Shown piece by piece: positions 1 to 13,300 of a stretch of 64,000 bases of DNA (position 1 is its first letter; the number at the start of each line of letters is the position of its first letter). Origin of the DNA: Selaginella moellendorffii (lineage: Eukaryota > Plantae > Lycopodiophyta). Where the stretch lies: the NCBI RefSeq assembly GCF_000143415.4, contig NW_003314427.1, positions 62,001 through 126,000 on the forward strand, given 5' to 3'. The translations under genes and the position numbers were made by a program. The notes under the pieces are model-generated. The model worked only from the letters and a program-made list of their open reading frames with translations, was not told where the DNA came from and did no database searches.

Positions 1-964
1 AGTCAATTGCAGTTTCTCGTCCGTTTGAGTTGGTGGCGTTTGATCTTATGGGACCTTTTCCGCGATCGACTGCTGGCAATGAGTATGTTATTATTGCTTC
101 TGACTACTTGACTCGTTGGGTGGAAGTTGGTGCTCTTGCTAGTGCCTCTGCAACTGCTGTTGGATACTTCCTCCTCAATCGAGTGGTGTTCCAGCATTCT
201 TGTCCAGAACGGATTCTTTCGGATAATGGTCCTGCATTTATGGCTGAGGTATTTCATGTTTTGACATCTCGGTTGGGGATACGCCACACTTTTACGAGTG
301 CTTATCATCCACAATCAGACGGTCTGGTGGAACGGCTCGTTCGGACATTCAAAGGGATGATTGCGAAGTATGTGAACTTTCAACATTCGGATTGGGATGG
401 TTATTTACCGTCTCTTCGGTATGCTTATGTCACAGGGGTGCAGAGTTCTGTTGGTGCTTCACCATATAAACTTCTATATGGTCATGATCCAATATTACCA
501 ACAGAGCTAGGTTTACCTTCGCGATTGCCACGAGCTCCTGATGCTAGGTCATGGGATCAATATTTGACAAGCATTCTTCCACTTGTCCGAGCAGAGTCTG
601 CTGAACACTTAGGCCGCGTACAAGTGGGACAACAACGGCGCTACAATTCCCATCATCGTCCACCAGCGGAGTACAAAGTGGATGATTTGGTGTTAGTCCG
701 TTTTCCCCATCTTACGGTGCGTGGTTTATCTAAGGGGCTCCTTGCGCAGTGGAAAGGACCGTATCGGGTATGCGGCAAGTTGGACCACAAGTTTATGAGG
801 TTCGGCATGACGTTCAGCAGGCTGATCCTCCGGAGATTGTGCATGTGCAGCGGTTAAAACGCTTCATACAGAGGGATCAGGAGCAGTTAATACCGTCTAC
901 AGATCCACCGATGCCTCCTCCTGACGTTCCTCCAGATCCCGGCCCATCTACAAGAGAACCCTGA
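1..964 (+). mobile_element. Ty3/gypsy retrotransposon integrase, 3' end of pol (element continues left of the window); one frameshift near 770
   Basis: DDE core (DLMGPFP...SDNG...AYHPQSDGLVERL) and GPY/F motif (WKGPY). The C-terminal VYEV...VHVQRLKRF segment lies in another frame (ORF 749..964). Confidence 0.93.
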
Positions 965-981
965 CGGCCTTCCATTATTCC

Positions 982-1170
982 GAGAGGAGGGGATGATGTG
1001 AGGGCCAAGTGTACGGCTATGATGCCGTATACTAATATTAGCGTAGTGGATTTTGGTAGCCGTCGGATTGGTTTCAATCCGGACCACTCGCTCCTGTATA
1101 TAAGCTAGGGTTTTTGGGTTAATTGATATGCACATTTCTGTATTCCCTTTCCATATTCCATGCACTCACA
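982..1170 (+). mobile_element. Polypurine tract (982-993) and short 174-bp 3' LTR (997-1170) of the gypsy element
   Basis: GAGAGGAGGGGA is followed by TGTGAG...CTCACA terminal inverted repeats with an internal TATATAA. The sequence switches abruptly to AT-rich RT/RNaseH relic at 1171. Confidence 0.85.
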
Positions 1171-2676
1171 GCATGAGTTTTTATAAATCACTTATTATAA
1201 CTAACTTTCCCTAAAAAGTAATAAAGACTTTTTAAGTTATATGGTGAAGATATTATTTAAATCACTTGAGTTTTATCTTTGTTTACAAGGATACATTCCT
1301 TACATATAATATAACCTAGAAGTATGCTAGAATTTACAAAGAAATTATACTTCTCTAGATTAAAAGAAATGCTATAGTTTTTGCATTTTTGAAAATATTT
1401 TTGTAAAAAAACTAAATGTTCTATTTTGGAGTTGAAGACACTAAAATTATTCATAAAAATTCTTATAAAAGTAGTTAAATATTCTTTGAAAATGTTTATA
1501 ACAACTCTTTGAAATGTAAAAAGAGCATTACATAGGTCAAAAAGCATTTTGTAATATGTGTAAGGTCTTTATAAACTTATATAGCCATTTTGTATTTATT
1601 TTTAGATATTACTTCCACTTAGTTATAACTAGAAAATCCATCTAAAAATAAATATATCTTATGGCTTGCTACTGAATTTAGAATTTCATCTGTGAAAGGA
1701 ATAAGGAACATATCCCTTTTTGTTGTATGATATAACTTTTTGTAATTCACACAAAATCGTAATTTACTATTTTCCTATATACAATTACAAATGGTGAAAG
1801 CCATTGAGCATTTTAGATAGGATAGATGAATCTTGCCTGAAGGAGTTTATCGATTTCCTCTTTAACTTTACTATAGTAATTAGGATTCATCCTATAGGGC
1901 ATTTGCCTTTTAGGCATATTTCCCAAGAGTATCTTAATGCAATATATACAGAGTTCTTATGGGATACCTTTTAAATCTATGTAGAACTAGGCAAAAATGT
2001 CTTTGTAATCTTTTAGTAACTTTATGTTTTAATTGTGATATTCATTTTGCAATCCTTAAGCAATTGTAATAATATATAGATTATTCTCATCTGCTAAATT
2101 GATTTTTTTAAAGTGGTTGATCACAAAAAAATATGAAATATAGTTTTTTTGTTGATCAATTTTATAGGCAAGATCCTCCTTTAAAGAGAAATCTCTTATA
2201 ACTGTATTGATGTTTGGTTTAGAGGCTTCAATTTTTTGAGCATTGAATAAAGATTAACTTTTGATATTTGCTCAATTTTAGGGAAAACTTCTAAAATTTG
2301 TTATTCTTAGAAATCGTCTAAGCCTTCTTCCCAATCATAAAATTGAGTTTTGAGAGGTCGATCTTTCCTTTCCAATTATATGGTGGAAGTATTTGAAGGG
2401 TTGATATTTCCTTTCCAACTATACAGTGGAAGTAATGGGCATAGATCTTTTTTAGTTGCCCTGCTTTATACACAAGAAACCATTTTTTCAGTCTTAGTTT
2501 ATGCAAGAAATTTTTAGCCAATATCTGCATAGTAGAGTTTTGTAGGTACAATCTTGTTGTGTCATTTTAAATATGACATAATTGAGTTTATACTTTAGGC
2601 TAGCCATATTGGTTAACACATTTCTAATAATTCCAATAGGCCTGACATTTCAGTCATTTGCTATTTATACATTAAT
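1171..2676 (-). mobile_element. Degenerate Ty3/gypsy 'family A', RT region (left part of an interrupted copy)
   Basis: Decayed RT motifs (MLFDLCNALFTFQR from MPFGLCNAPATFQR; IFMNNF from the YxDD region). Colinear in reverse complement with ~26330-27790. Confidence 0.9.
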
Positions 2677-5656
2677 TGTAAGTGACTAATTTTTTCATTC
2701 TACTTTAGGACATTAGGACTTTAGGGCTTTTTTCATTCTACTTCTACTTCATAACATTGCCACTAGGACAAGGCCCACAAACCCGACCATTAAGTCCCAT
2801 TGTCTTCTGGGACTACCTCATCACATAACTGCATCCTTGGTCACTATACCAAAGGACTAGTCCTCTTCCTTTCCATAATCTGAGACTTTGGAATAACATT
2901 TCGGAACACCATGGCCCTACGTGAGCCTCGTGGGTACTCTCCCCATCTTCTGCTTTTGGGTGCTTTAGCCATGGGCTTAGAGCGAGGTTCCGTTGAGCCA
3001 CATTAGGTATCTAAGTAAGTAGTGCCACCCACGCTTCATCAACCATTCGATCTCCCAGGGGAATTGGAGCTAACTCTTGAACACTTCACCAAGCTACCCC
3101 ACTTGTCGATCCGTATTCACTCAAATCTTGGACTTCCTAATGGTTATCCCATCACCCAACACCTGGGTATAGCTTTCCTGGGCCAAATTAGCCTTTCCTA
3201 GCCAAACTGGCTCCACTAAAGTCCTCCCCCTACTATACTTTTAGAGCTCACCAAACCCCCAAGGTTTGGGAGACGAATGCTTTGGGCTTTCACCCTCGGA
3301 CTCAAACTCAGACTCAGGCTTGGGCTCAGTTTCAGCCTCGGTCTCGATCTCAGTCCCAGTCCTGGTCTCGGTCTCAGTTTCGATCTTGGTCTTGACCTCA
3401 GACTCCATCTCGGGTCCTTCTCAAACTCCATCTTAGATTCCATTTGGGATTCCATCTTAGTTCCATCTCGCACTCCATCTTGGTCCATCTAAGACTCCAT
3501 CTCAGGTCCATCTTAGACTCTATCTCGGATTCCATCTCGGTCCATCTCGAACTCCATCTCAGACTCCATCTTGGGTCCATCTCGGGTCCATCTCAGACTC
3601 CATCTTGGACTCCATCTCGAACTCCATCTCAAACTCCATCTCAGGTCCATCTCGGACGCCATCTTGGACTCTATCTCGAGTCCATCTTGGGTCCCATCTC
3701 GGGTCCATCTCAGACTCCACCATGTATCATGTGTTGGTCTTTTTGTGTCCCTTTTCTAGAGACTCTCTTATTGCTCATTTCATGCTTGTTTATTGAGCAC
3801 TCCGTTGGGAGTTCCACTCTTGCTCTCGACTCTTCAAGTCAGAGCTTTTAGTCTAAACATGTTACGCTTGTTTGGCTTTCACTTCGGCCATTACCACGTG
3901 GCACCTTTTTGGCTCCACTTTGGGGCTTAGAGATTTGTGTCTCACAATTCCACCACCCATAGACGAAGTTCGATGTCCTCATTGAATGATAAACCATTTT
4001 ATAAAGTAACACTAGCTTGTATTACTTTTTCCATCTTTAACACCTAACCAATATTTTTCAATGGTTTGACACCGAAGGCTCACCATGCCTTGTCCAACCT
4101 TTAAGGAATATAGTGTCTCTAACATAGAGATTCATTTGACCACCTTAGATGGTTCTCTCCCTTTTATTGGTTTAGCTCTTGCTAAACCCATTAGAGACAC
4201 CTTCTTTATCTCAATCCCACTACTCATTTTTGAATAGTTTCAACTTCTATCGATATAACCATTCCTCTTTGGAACTTTTAGTCTTGACTTCTCGAAGTCA
4301 ATTTCCTAAGTGTCTCCAATACCTTTCATTGCATATATTGTGCAAACTCCACTTTCCCTTTTAGGAAGTTCTCTATTTGAGGGCACCATCATCCTTTGAC
4401 ATCCTAGAACATTCCCTTTACGACATTGACTTACTATATCACAACTTAAGTAATTTATCCCCTATAAGGGTACATCTAACTTCTTTATCCCAATAAGAAG
4501 TCTTGGGTAGTTACCTTCTACTAGTTTAATCAATTATTATTTTACACATTTTGCTTAGTTACTTCATAGTAGTCAAGTTCTACAACTCATTATTAGTGCT
4601 TCCACCCCTCCATCATTATTTTGGGTCACTACACTCTAATTGCATGCTTTTCAACTTAGGTTATGCCATTCCCATTTCCATTAGGATTCCTTTGGGAAGG
4701 GGTTCTTATGAACCCGCTAACTTGACATCAAGGCATGACGCCTTGGCACATTTAGTGTTTCCACACCATCAGCTCTATGAACCTACTTTTATGACACTTC
4801 TTACTTATGTCTAAGTGTTTGTCAAGACCAATACAGTCGTTTCACTAGCCAACTATCCATTAGCACTGCACCACATAGTTTACATTGTGTCACCCTTTCT
4901 CTTTCCCATAACTTTAGTATGGCACATTCTGCCATCAATGAGATACCCACTGTTTTCACACTTGAATCTTATGATTTTCCCCATCCTTCGTGGGGTGCAA
5001 TACATCTTAGTCCAAATGCTTCCACTAGTCCTTTAGGACTATTCCTTGACTCCACTCGAGTTATCTAGCTTTTTGGACTTCATTAATCCCACAACCTATA
5101 AGTCCCATTTTTGAGGTGCCAACTCATTAGAATACAACTTCTTGTATTCATGTCCTACTTATAAGGATCATTCTTACAAGTGTTACTTTGACACTTGGTT
5201 ATTCTTTGTTCCATATAAGCTACCTTTACCCCTTAGTACTATTTGTCCATATGATGAGAATACCAACTCATCCTCTAAATACACCCTCAATCCTTTGGGT
5301 TGTTCTAGCATTTATTAAGGATAGCCCCGGCTACTATTTCAAGGACTTGTGTCCTATTCCGTATTTGATCTGCCATGGTTATTAACTTTGGTTTCAAATT
5401 CATGAGTAGCAAGCTCAACTATGTGAGGATAATCTTGTGACTCCTTTATTGTTTTGGAGTCTCTATCTTTCTCGTGATCCCAACTATAGTTGTTTACCAC
5501 AACCAAATTAGCCAATTTTCTGAGTTAAATGTTCATCTGGATCACATCCTCAACTTTGAGAAAAACCTTATACTATTCCTATGATCCCAAAGTCATTCCC
5601 TTATTAGCCCCTTTTCTATCCACCACCCCGTTTACAAGTTCACATATGAACTGTAG

Positions 5657-7657
5657 ATCCAGGAAATGAACCAACTCATTTGAACCTATGTCTGGAAAGG
5701 CTTCTCCTACGTCTCACGTGGTGGAGCAAAGGTCAACTGGCGGTTAGTAACACTTCCGAAGCACAAAGGGGGCCTCAATATTATTGACATCGAAGAACAA
5801 TGCAAGGCTCTCCTCTTCAAGATTTTCACGAGGATGCTCATGCCTGGCAACCAACCATGGAAAATTCTGCTGCGAGCACAACTTTTGAAATCCTCCTGGA
5901 CAGGAACAAACACACTAGACAAAACTGGGCAATAGATGAACAATGGCTTTTCTTGGACACAAAACTCAAAATGACAAAGGCTCACACGTTCTCAGGAAAG
6001 CTGTTCAAGCTCTGGAGGCAATTCAAATGCAAGCTGGAACATAAACCACCTCGTACCAAAGAACAACTAGACCGGCAGCCAATTTTCCTGAGCAAACTCC
6101 TCGCTGTCAATGGTAAAATGCTCGGAGCTTCAGAAGATCGCAGCCTGGACTAGACATGCAGAGACCTGCATAGAGCAGGGATGAGAACCTTCGCAGTGGC
6201 AGACACCATGATCCAGCCCAACCAGACGGCCAACAACTGTGACCGAATCAGTGCCTTCTATGGAGTAACCATCTCAGAACACAGGATGCATAAATTCCAA
6301 ACAGCCTTTTTAGCAGCCAAACACGCATGCCTTGAATGACTAAACCTACAAGAAGACCAATACCATCGATGGTGGAAGATGGACGAGTCGATTGTATGCG
6401 CCCTCCCCAACATGGCATCAGGACTCATCTTTGAGGCAGGACAGGCTGGATGCTTGTACCCCATCGTCACCCCCGAGTACGAGGACCTCCCTGATATGAG
6501 CAGAGCTAAATCGATTAGAGTGATTCAAATGGAGAAAAAAACTGCCAATGTTGATCCATTGATCCTAGAAAAACAATATGCTTGCCTCTACTGGTTCCGC
6601 CAACAAACCCTAGATGAACTCAAGTGGGATCCTGCAGAGTGGCATTGGAGAGGAACCATGTGCAAGGGCTTCTTCCAGTACGAGACCAAGCTGGGCCGAA
6701 AACTGATCAAAGTGCTGACTCGATCCTCCCTCATCCGGAAAGCAAAGGCCCAACAGATCCACTCCAGGAACCACTCACACTGCATCAACAAGATCTGGAA
6801 GGGGCGCTGGTCAGCTAAGAACCGCTACTTCATGTGGCTGGCCCAACAAGAACGTCTTCCCTCTCTAGCGGCCATACATCTCCCGAACACAGCCTACAAG
6901 ACCTATGGCGCCACAGAAACACAGCAACACATCTTATGGGAGTGCCCAGCAGCACAGGAAGTATGGGAAGGTGCAGCAGCAGTACTCAAACGAACATCAA
7001 CCGGAGGAGCTGCAATCACATACGAATCAGCGCTTTGGGGTAGCTTCATCCAGGGAAAAACAAAGAATCCTGATGCATGGAAGTGGAGACACAATGAGGC
7101 CCCACACTTTGATCAACTCAACCAAACTCGGACACACATTAAGCATCTCCACCAGGAGCTCTTCGATGCGCTTCAGGGATGCACACTAGCAAAGATATGG
7201 AAGGCTCGCTGCGCTAGGCTGTTTGATGACACGGACCCCTCGGCTCGAGCAACTATCTCAAAGGTTTGGTCCAGATTGATTGTCTCACTCACGGCCCGCC
7301 TGGACATGCTGATCAAACGAGGCAAGGAAGGGACGATAGCGAAGGAAAAGGAACTGTGGCCATTTTTTAGAGGAAGAAGTGAGGCTGGAGAAGAAGAATG
7401 GACATGGAAACCACCAATATGGATTTGGCAGCACATGTTCAGGAACAACGGTACGTGTACCTCCCCAAGTCAACAGAGTTCAACACTAGGAACTTCGAAA
7501 GCTTGGAGATCGGACGTCACGGACTCAAGTGCCAGTTCTACTTCGTCCCCCTTGTCCCACCCCCCCCTAAAAGTCTTGAATAGCTCTTTCCCGGTTTCGA
7601 GCATGTCGAAATCGGACTCTATGGTTTATAGAGGATAAATAAATTAAAACCCCATTG
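5657..7657 (+). mobile_element. 5'-truncated LINE (L1/Tx1-like ORF2 C-terminus) with 15-bp TSD, nested in the family B element
   Basis: ACATATGAACTGTAG at 5642-5656 and 7658-7672. Post-RT motifs VWKG...KVNW..VTLPKHKGGL and zf-RVT-like FMWL...ERL...ETQQHILWECP. A-rich 3' end; in-frame stops and frameshifts. Confidence 0.9.
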
Positions 7658-7791
7658 ACATATGAACTGTAGTGGAGAGCCATGTCTTCCCGACCTGCTA
7701 CTCCTTAAGGATAGGCCCACTCCTAAGACCTTCTGATGCTAACACAAGTGGTGATATACTTGAGCACCAATAAAAGTTAGACTAAGGAATA

Positions 7792-7803
7792 GCTCTGATA
7801 CCA
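7792..7803 (-). promoter_or_regulatory. Primer-binding site complementary to initiator tRNA-Met
   Basis: GCTCTGATACCA on plus equals the canonical TGGTATCAGAGC, 3 nt from the LTR end. Confidence 0.92.
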
Positions 7804-9450
7804 AGTTACAAGTGATTAATTTTTCCATTCTACTTTAGTCACTTAACCACACTTCTGACCACTTGGAGCAGTCTCATTCACAACCTTCATAAGTCAATTC
7901 AGGACTTGGGACTTGCTAGCCCCGAGAATGGCATCCATGCCACTCAACCTTTGCACTTGGTCCAAGTGCTCCACGTGTCCGGTGCCATGACCAACACCCC
8001 AAGGTACCATCGATATACCAGCCCATTATGCTAAAGTTATGCCTATTCACCTTGGTCACACTTGTGGTCTAACACCACTTGCATCGCAGTCTTGTCTCTC
8101 AAAGGCTGGGCCATCCATCCATGAGTGACCATCCAAGATCCACTCCTTAGCATCCTTAAAATGCCCACAGACATGGAGAAAAACTTTCCTCAATATCCCT
8201 TTTACAGTCCCTACCAAATCCTTTTTTTGTTAATAGCCGTGTTCACCAATATTGCCATTGGGACAAAGCCCACAAGCCCAACCACTAAATCCCACTATCC
8301 TTTGGGACTGCCTCATCACATAACTGCATCCTTGGTCACTAGACCAAAGGACCACTCCTCTTCCTTTCCATAATCTAAGACTTTGGGATAACATTTTGGA
8401 ACACTGTAGCCCTATGCAAGCTTCATGGGTACTCTTTCCACCTTCCGCCTTTGGGTGCTTTAGCCATGGGCTTAGAGTGAGGTTCTATTAAGCCACACTA
8501 GGTATCTAAGGAGATAGTGCCACCCACACTTCGACTGGGAGCATTGACCATTCGACTCCTAGGGGAACTAGAGTTGGCTCTTGAACACTTCACCAAGCTA
8601 CCCCATTTGTCGGTCTGTACTCACTCTAACCTTGGACTTCTCAATGGTTATCCCATCACCCAACACTTGGGTATAGCCTTTCTGAGCTAAATTGGCCTTT
8701 CCTGGCCAAACTGGCTCCACTAGAGTCCTCCCCCTACTATACTTTTGGAGCTTAACAAGGTCTAGGAGACGAACCCTTTGGGCTTTCACCCTCGGATTCG
8801 AACTCAGACTCAGACTTGGACTCGGGCTCGGGCTCAGTTTTGGCCTTGACCTCGGTCTCGGTCTTAGTCCCGGTCCCAGTCTTAGTCTCGGTCTCGACCT
8901 CGAACTCCATCTCGGGTCCTTCTCGAACTCCATCTCGGATTCCATCTCAGGTCCATCTCGAACTCCATCTCGGACTCCATCTCGGGTCCATCTCGGACTC
9001 CATCTTGAATTCCATCTCGGTCCATCTCAAACTCCATCTCAAACTCCATCTCAGACTCCATTTCAGACTCCATCTCGGACTCCATCTTGGGTCCATCGCA
9101 GACTCCATCTCAACTTCCATCTCGGGTCTATCTCGGGTCCATCTTGGACTCCATCTCAGACTCCATCTTGGACTCTATCTCGGGTCCATCTCAGGTCCCA
9201 TCTCGGGTCCATCTTGGACTCCACCACGTGTCATGTGTTAGTCCTCTTGTGTCTCTTTTCTAAAGACTCTCCTATTGCTCGCTTCATGCTCGTTCCTTGA
9301 GCACTCCGTTAAGAATTCCACTCCCACTCTCGACTCTTCAAGTTGGAGCTTTTAGTCCAAATGTGTTACGCTCGTTTGGCTTTTGCTTCGGCCACTACCA
9401 CGTGGCACCCTTTCGGCTTCACTTTGGGGCTTAAGGATTTATGTCTCACA

Positions 9451-12228
9451 TTAATTAGGGCTAGTCAACTTGGGCTTAAGCCTAATTCTTTGAAAATACT
9501 CTCTTCTAGAATATTTACACTTAAATTCATTATTAATAAGAGTTCCAAATAATAGATTCTTGTCAATCTTTATATCAATTATAGGAATTTCACCATCACA
9601 ATCCCTTAGCTTAATTATAATGGGTATAAATAAGATTAAAGTTTCTTTCTTTTTAAGCAAGTGCTCTCTAAGCAATACAGCTCTAAGGTAAGATGCTATA
9701 ATGAGAAGTTGGCATAGAGTGAGTGTAAATCTAACATTTAAAATGCCTTTAACTACCTTCTTCTCATCCTTGCTATTTAGCTTTAGTATAGGTGTTTTTT
9801 TTGCATTAATGGTAAATTTGTTATTCTTTAAATCGATTTGTGATTGCAAATCTTGGAATTGCTAAAGTGATTTTTGCATTGATCTTTTTCTTTTAGCACC
9901 ATTGAGAGTGGGGAATGATTTTTATTCATCATCATTCCCTTTATCTTAGTTTTCAGATTCTGCCTTTCTTCGTTGGGTTATAGTCATGATATAAATGCTA
10001 AATAACTCTTCTATATTTGACTATTCTACTTCAACTTGCCTAATTGCAAGTTGTGTATTTTTAGGAGGTTTATCATTTTTGCTTGATTATTCAACTTGAT
10101 TGTCTAGCCTAGGATAGTGAATATGAGTTTTAATTTGATCATACTCTTTTGGCATTTCATAATCTTTAGATCTATTGTAACCTTTAAGATAATTGTATTC
10201 TCTAGGCTGATTATAGTCTTTAGGCTTATCACTTGGATTCACGTCAAGTGGCATGCTGGCTAGGATGGGCCTTGTGAAGCTTGGACTTCCCCTTTCCTTA
10301 TGCCTAAGTTGAAAATTACCCCTAGACAGATAATCTCAATAGTCATTTTGCCTTTCAACGTGTTGGTATTTATATTTAGCACTTCAATTATCATTATAAT
10401 TGTTCCTTTTACAATAACTTATATTGTTAAGTGGATAGTTTTGCCTACCTATTATTTTATCAACTTAGGGTACATATTGACCTTTTGATTATCTAAATAA
10501 AAATTTATATTCCTTAGTTGAATGCCCTTCTTTCTGCATAAATTTAGCACTTGATTAGCTAGAGTTTACATTCTTCCTTGCTATAGCCTTTATTTTTGTA
10601 TCTGGTGCACTAAATCCCTTATTTGAGATTGGTTTGCAATTTGAGGCTTCTTAGACAATTAATTTCCTTGTTTATAGGAGTTATTTTTTTGTTTGACTTT
10701 ACCATATCTACCATATGATATTGTTTTATGAGATCTTAGTAGGTAATCATAGCTTTTTTCAAGTCATCAAAATCTAAATAAGCTTTTTTTATCGTATGTT
10801 CATGATAAATTTTCTTGAGGCCCTGTATATATAGGCATAGGCATATTTTATCTGAGACTAAGTCTTTATAATATTTATAATGCTTGATGAATCAAATTGT
10901 ATATTCCTCAATTATCTCAGATTTTCCTTGATGAAGTTTTTGCAACTCATCATAGTTTTCTCTTGGGTTTGTTTTCATAAATAAAGCTTTAAGGAAAAAC
11001 TTTATTTACTTATCAAATATGCCAAGTTTTTTAAGTTTATTGTCATAGTACCAATCTTTAGTTTTGCTTTTGAGTGTATAGGGAAAAATTTTCTACTTAA
11101 TTGAGTTTAATTGCTTCTGTGTATTACTCAATATATGGTTATATGTTTGCTCTTTTAATTCCAAAAAAGGATGGATATATAATGATAGTGTTTATTGTCA
11201 TTCCTGCAATTATCATCCTAGTCATTATAATTTGATAAAAAATGCTCTATTTTGCAACTAGTATAGGTAAAATAGGTGTTTAGTTCATATAAGAACCTAA
11301 TCACTATTAAAAGGTAAGGGTTATAAATTTAACTCTTTTTCCTTTTATGGGGAATCATTTCAATTATTTTATGTTTCACTAATTTCAGTTGAAACAAAGG
11401 TATTTTCTATGTGTCGATGCTGCCAAAAAGGAGTAGCATATGGATTAATGTATTTTAGTGCCGTATTGGGATTTTTGATCTTCTTTATTTCGTTAAAGTG
11501 CACCTAATATGCTTTCAATTTACTCTCTTTCAAGCTTTTCTCTAGCTTGATTGAGTAATGATTTAATCTATTCTAAAGGAAGGTTAAAATCTTGGATATC
11601 ATGAACAAGTGTTTTGTAATTTCATTCTAAATTTTGTGAATTTTTCTTTTTAGACTGCCTATTCATCAGATTGTGAGGGGAAGTGTTGTATATCTATCAC
11701 CTTATTTGATATAAATAGTGACAATTTTATGTATAAGGACTATACTCTTTAAAACTTTATAGTAAGACCAATTATTAATCTATACTTATATATTTTGAGG
11801 TCTGTTAACATTATTACTATGGGAAGCTTAGTTATTATGCTATATTCGTAGAGTGAGTGGTATAAAGTTTTGGTATGTAATGTATTCCCTTTGTAAATTA
11901 GTCTATCAATCACTCTTAGAAGTAAACACCTAACTTCCTAATCAATTTCAAAATAAAGATGGCTTTCCTCTAGAGGCCAAATGTCTAAGACATTTTTTAT
12001 ATGAAAGTCCTAGAAATTTCTCGAGCAATAAACGTTATTTTCACAACATATCTATTTTACTTATGTGTGGTTCATTTTAAGAGATTTTTACTCTATAAAA
12101 TTTTGTTATCTATCAATCCAGATTTGGATTGATCCAACATTTATTAACCCAATTATCAACAAATGTATTTCTACTTATGTGTATCCATTATAAAATTCCT
12201 ATAATAACTTCATTGCATAAGATTGCCC
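9451..12228 (-). mobile_element. Degenerate gypsy family A, gag-protease and 5' region (right part of the interrupted copy)
   Basis: Reverse-complement homology to ~23455-26330. Putative LTR end plus PBS-like '...GACA TT TGGCCTCTAGAGG' near 11966-11992. Confidence 0.85.
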
Positions 12229-13300
12229 TCTCTAGTCACTACATTTTAGCATATGGGAGCATCTCAGCTGTAGGTTCTTGCATTCTAGAGTCTTGTGCAT
12301 CCCACTAATGGTTTCTTGTTGTGGCACTGAGTATATGGTTCCTTCCCATTTCCTAGAGCTGCAAGTTTGTAAGCATGTGTATGAGGAATGGATTCATGGT
12401 TAAGGCTAAAACATGCACTAACAGTGTTCACTGCCATAGTCGGCTTTCTAGCACTTTAGCTCAAGCACTAAAACTTCCCAAATATCACAAAGGGGATTCC
12501 AATTGTCAGTAGAAGTTGCTAGTGTGTTCTACAATCACTAAGCCAAGAGATATTGGATCCCTGACACCCTGGAGGCTGGTGTTCCAAGTGATACAAGGAA
12601 ACGTTCTTCGTCATGGCCATCCATTCATGAGGTAAGAATCATCCAAAACACTCTTGTATGGATTTTCCCCTGGAGTGTCTAGCATTGGGACTCATGGAGA
12701 AAGCATTTGGTCACTTCTTTGTTTAAAGATGCACTCATATTTTTCTTTATTTTCTTGCTAGCATGCTTGAAATTCATTGTCAACAACAGCAATAACCTTT
12801 CTCATCAACCTGGGCCTCACCTTCGCACTGTAGAACTTGGCAGACCTCAAGCTGAGAACCACCAATGTGCCACTTGCCCTAGGATCACTGGGTTCTTTGG
12901 TATCAGTTATCTTGCGTTCCATGAGCCCTGTGCCCTGTTTGATACTGGAAGCCATCTTTTACTCCTGCCAAAGGAAAAACCAACATCGTTAGAAAGACCA
13001 TGATGAAGTATGCTTTTCACTACAGGAAGGAGGGCAGACACCTTATTCATTTGAGCATTGTATTGTGGTCTCATGTCTTCAGTTGGGTGCTATAAAACTT
13101 TCAAAAACACGTAAAGAAGTTAACATCCAGTGGTATTATGTATAGAATCATTAAAAAAAGGCATTAAGTCTTGGGCATTCACTGCAGCACAAAGATGGTA
13201 AGGTAGTTACTAATGAAGATTAGAGGGACCAAAGTGAAGTGAATAATGCATTCGTCCCATTATATATTAAGACTATATCTTTATTAATCATTCTTCATGA

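Larger units (their letters stand above)
2677..9450 (-). mobile_element. Two-LTR, probably non-autonomous retrotransposon 'family B' inserted in family A, with 5-bp TSD TTAAT
   Basis: LTRs at 2677-3946 (internally deleted) and 7807-9450. TTAAT at 2672-2676 and 9451-9455. tRNA-iMet PBS TGGTATCAGAGC on the minus strand at 7792-7803; purine-rich GGGTGGTGGAAT next to the 3' LTR at ~3947-3958. The flanks rejoin to match the family A copy at ~26330. Confidence 0.92.
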
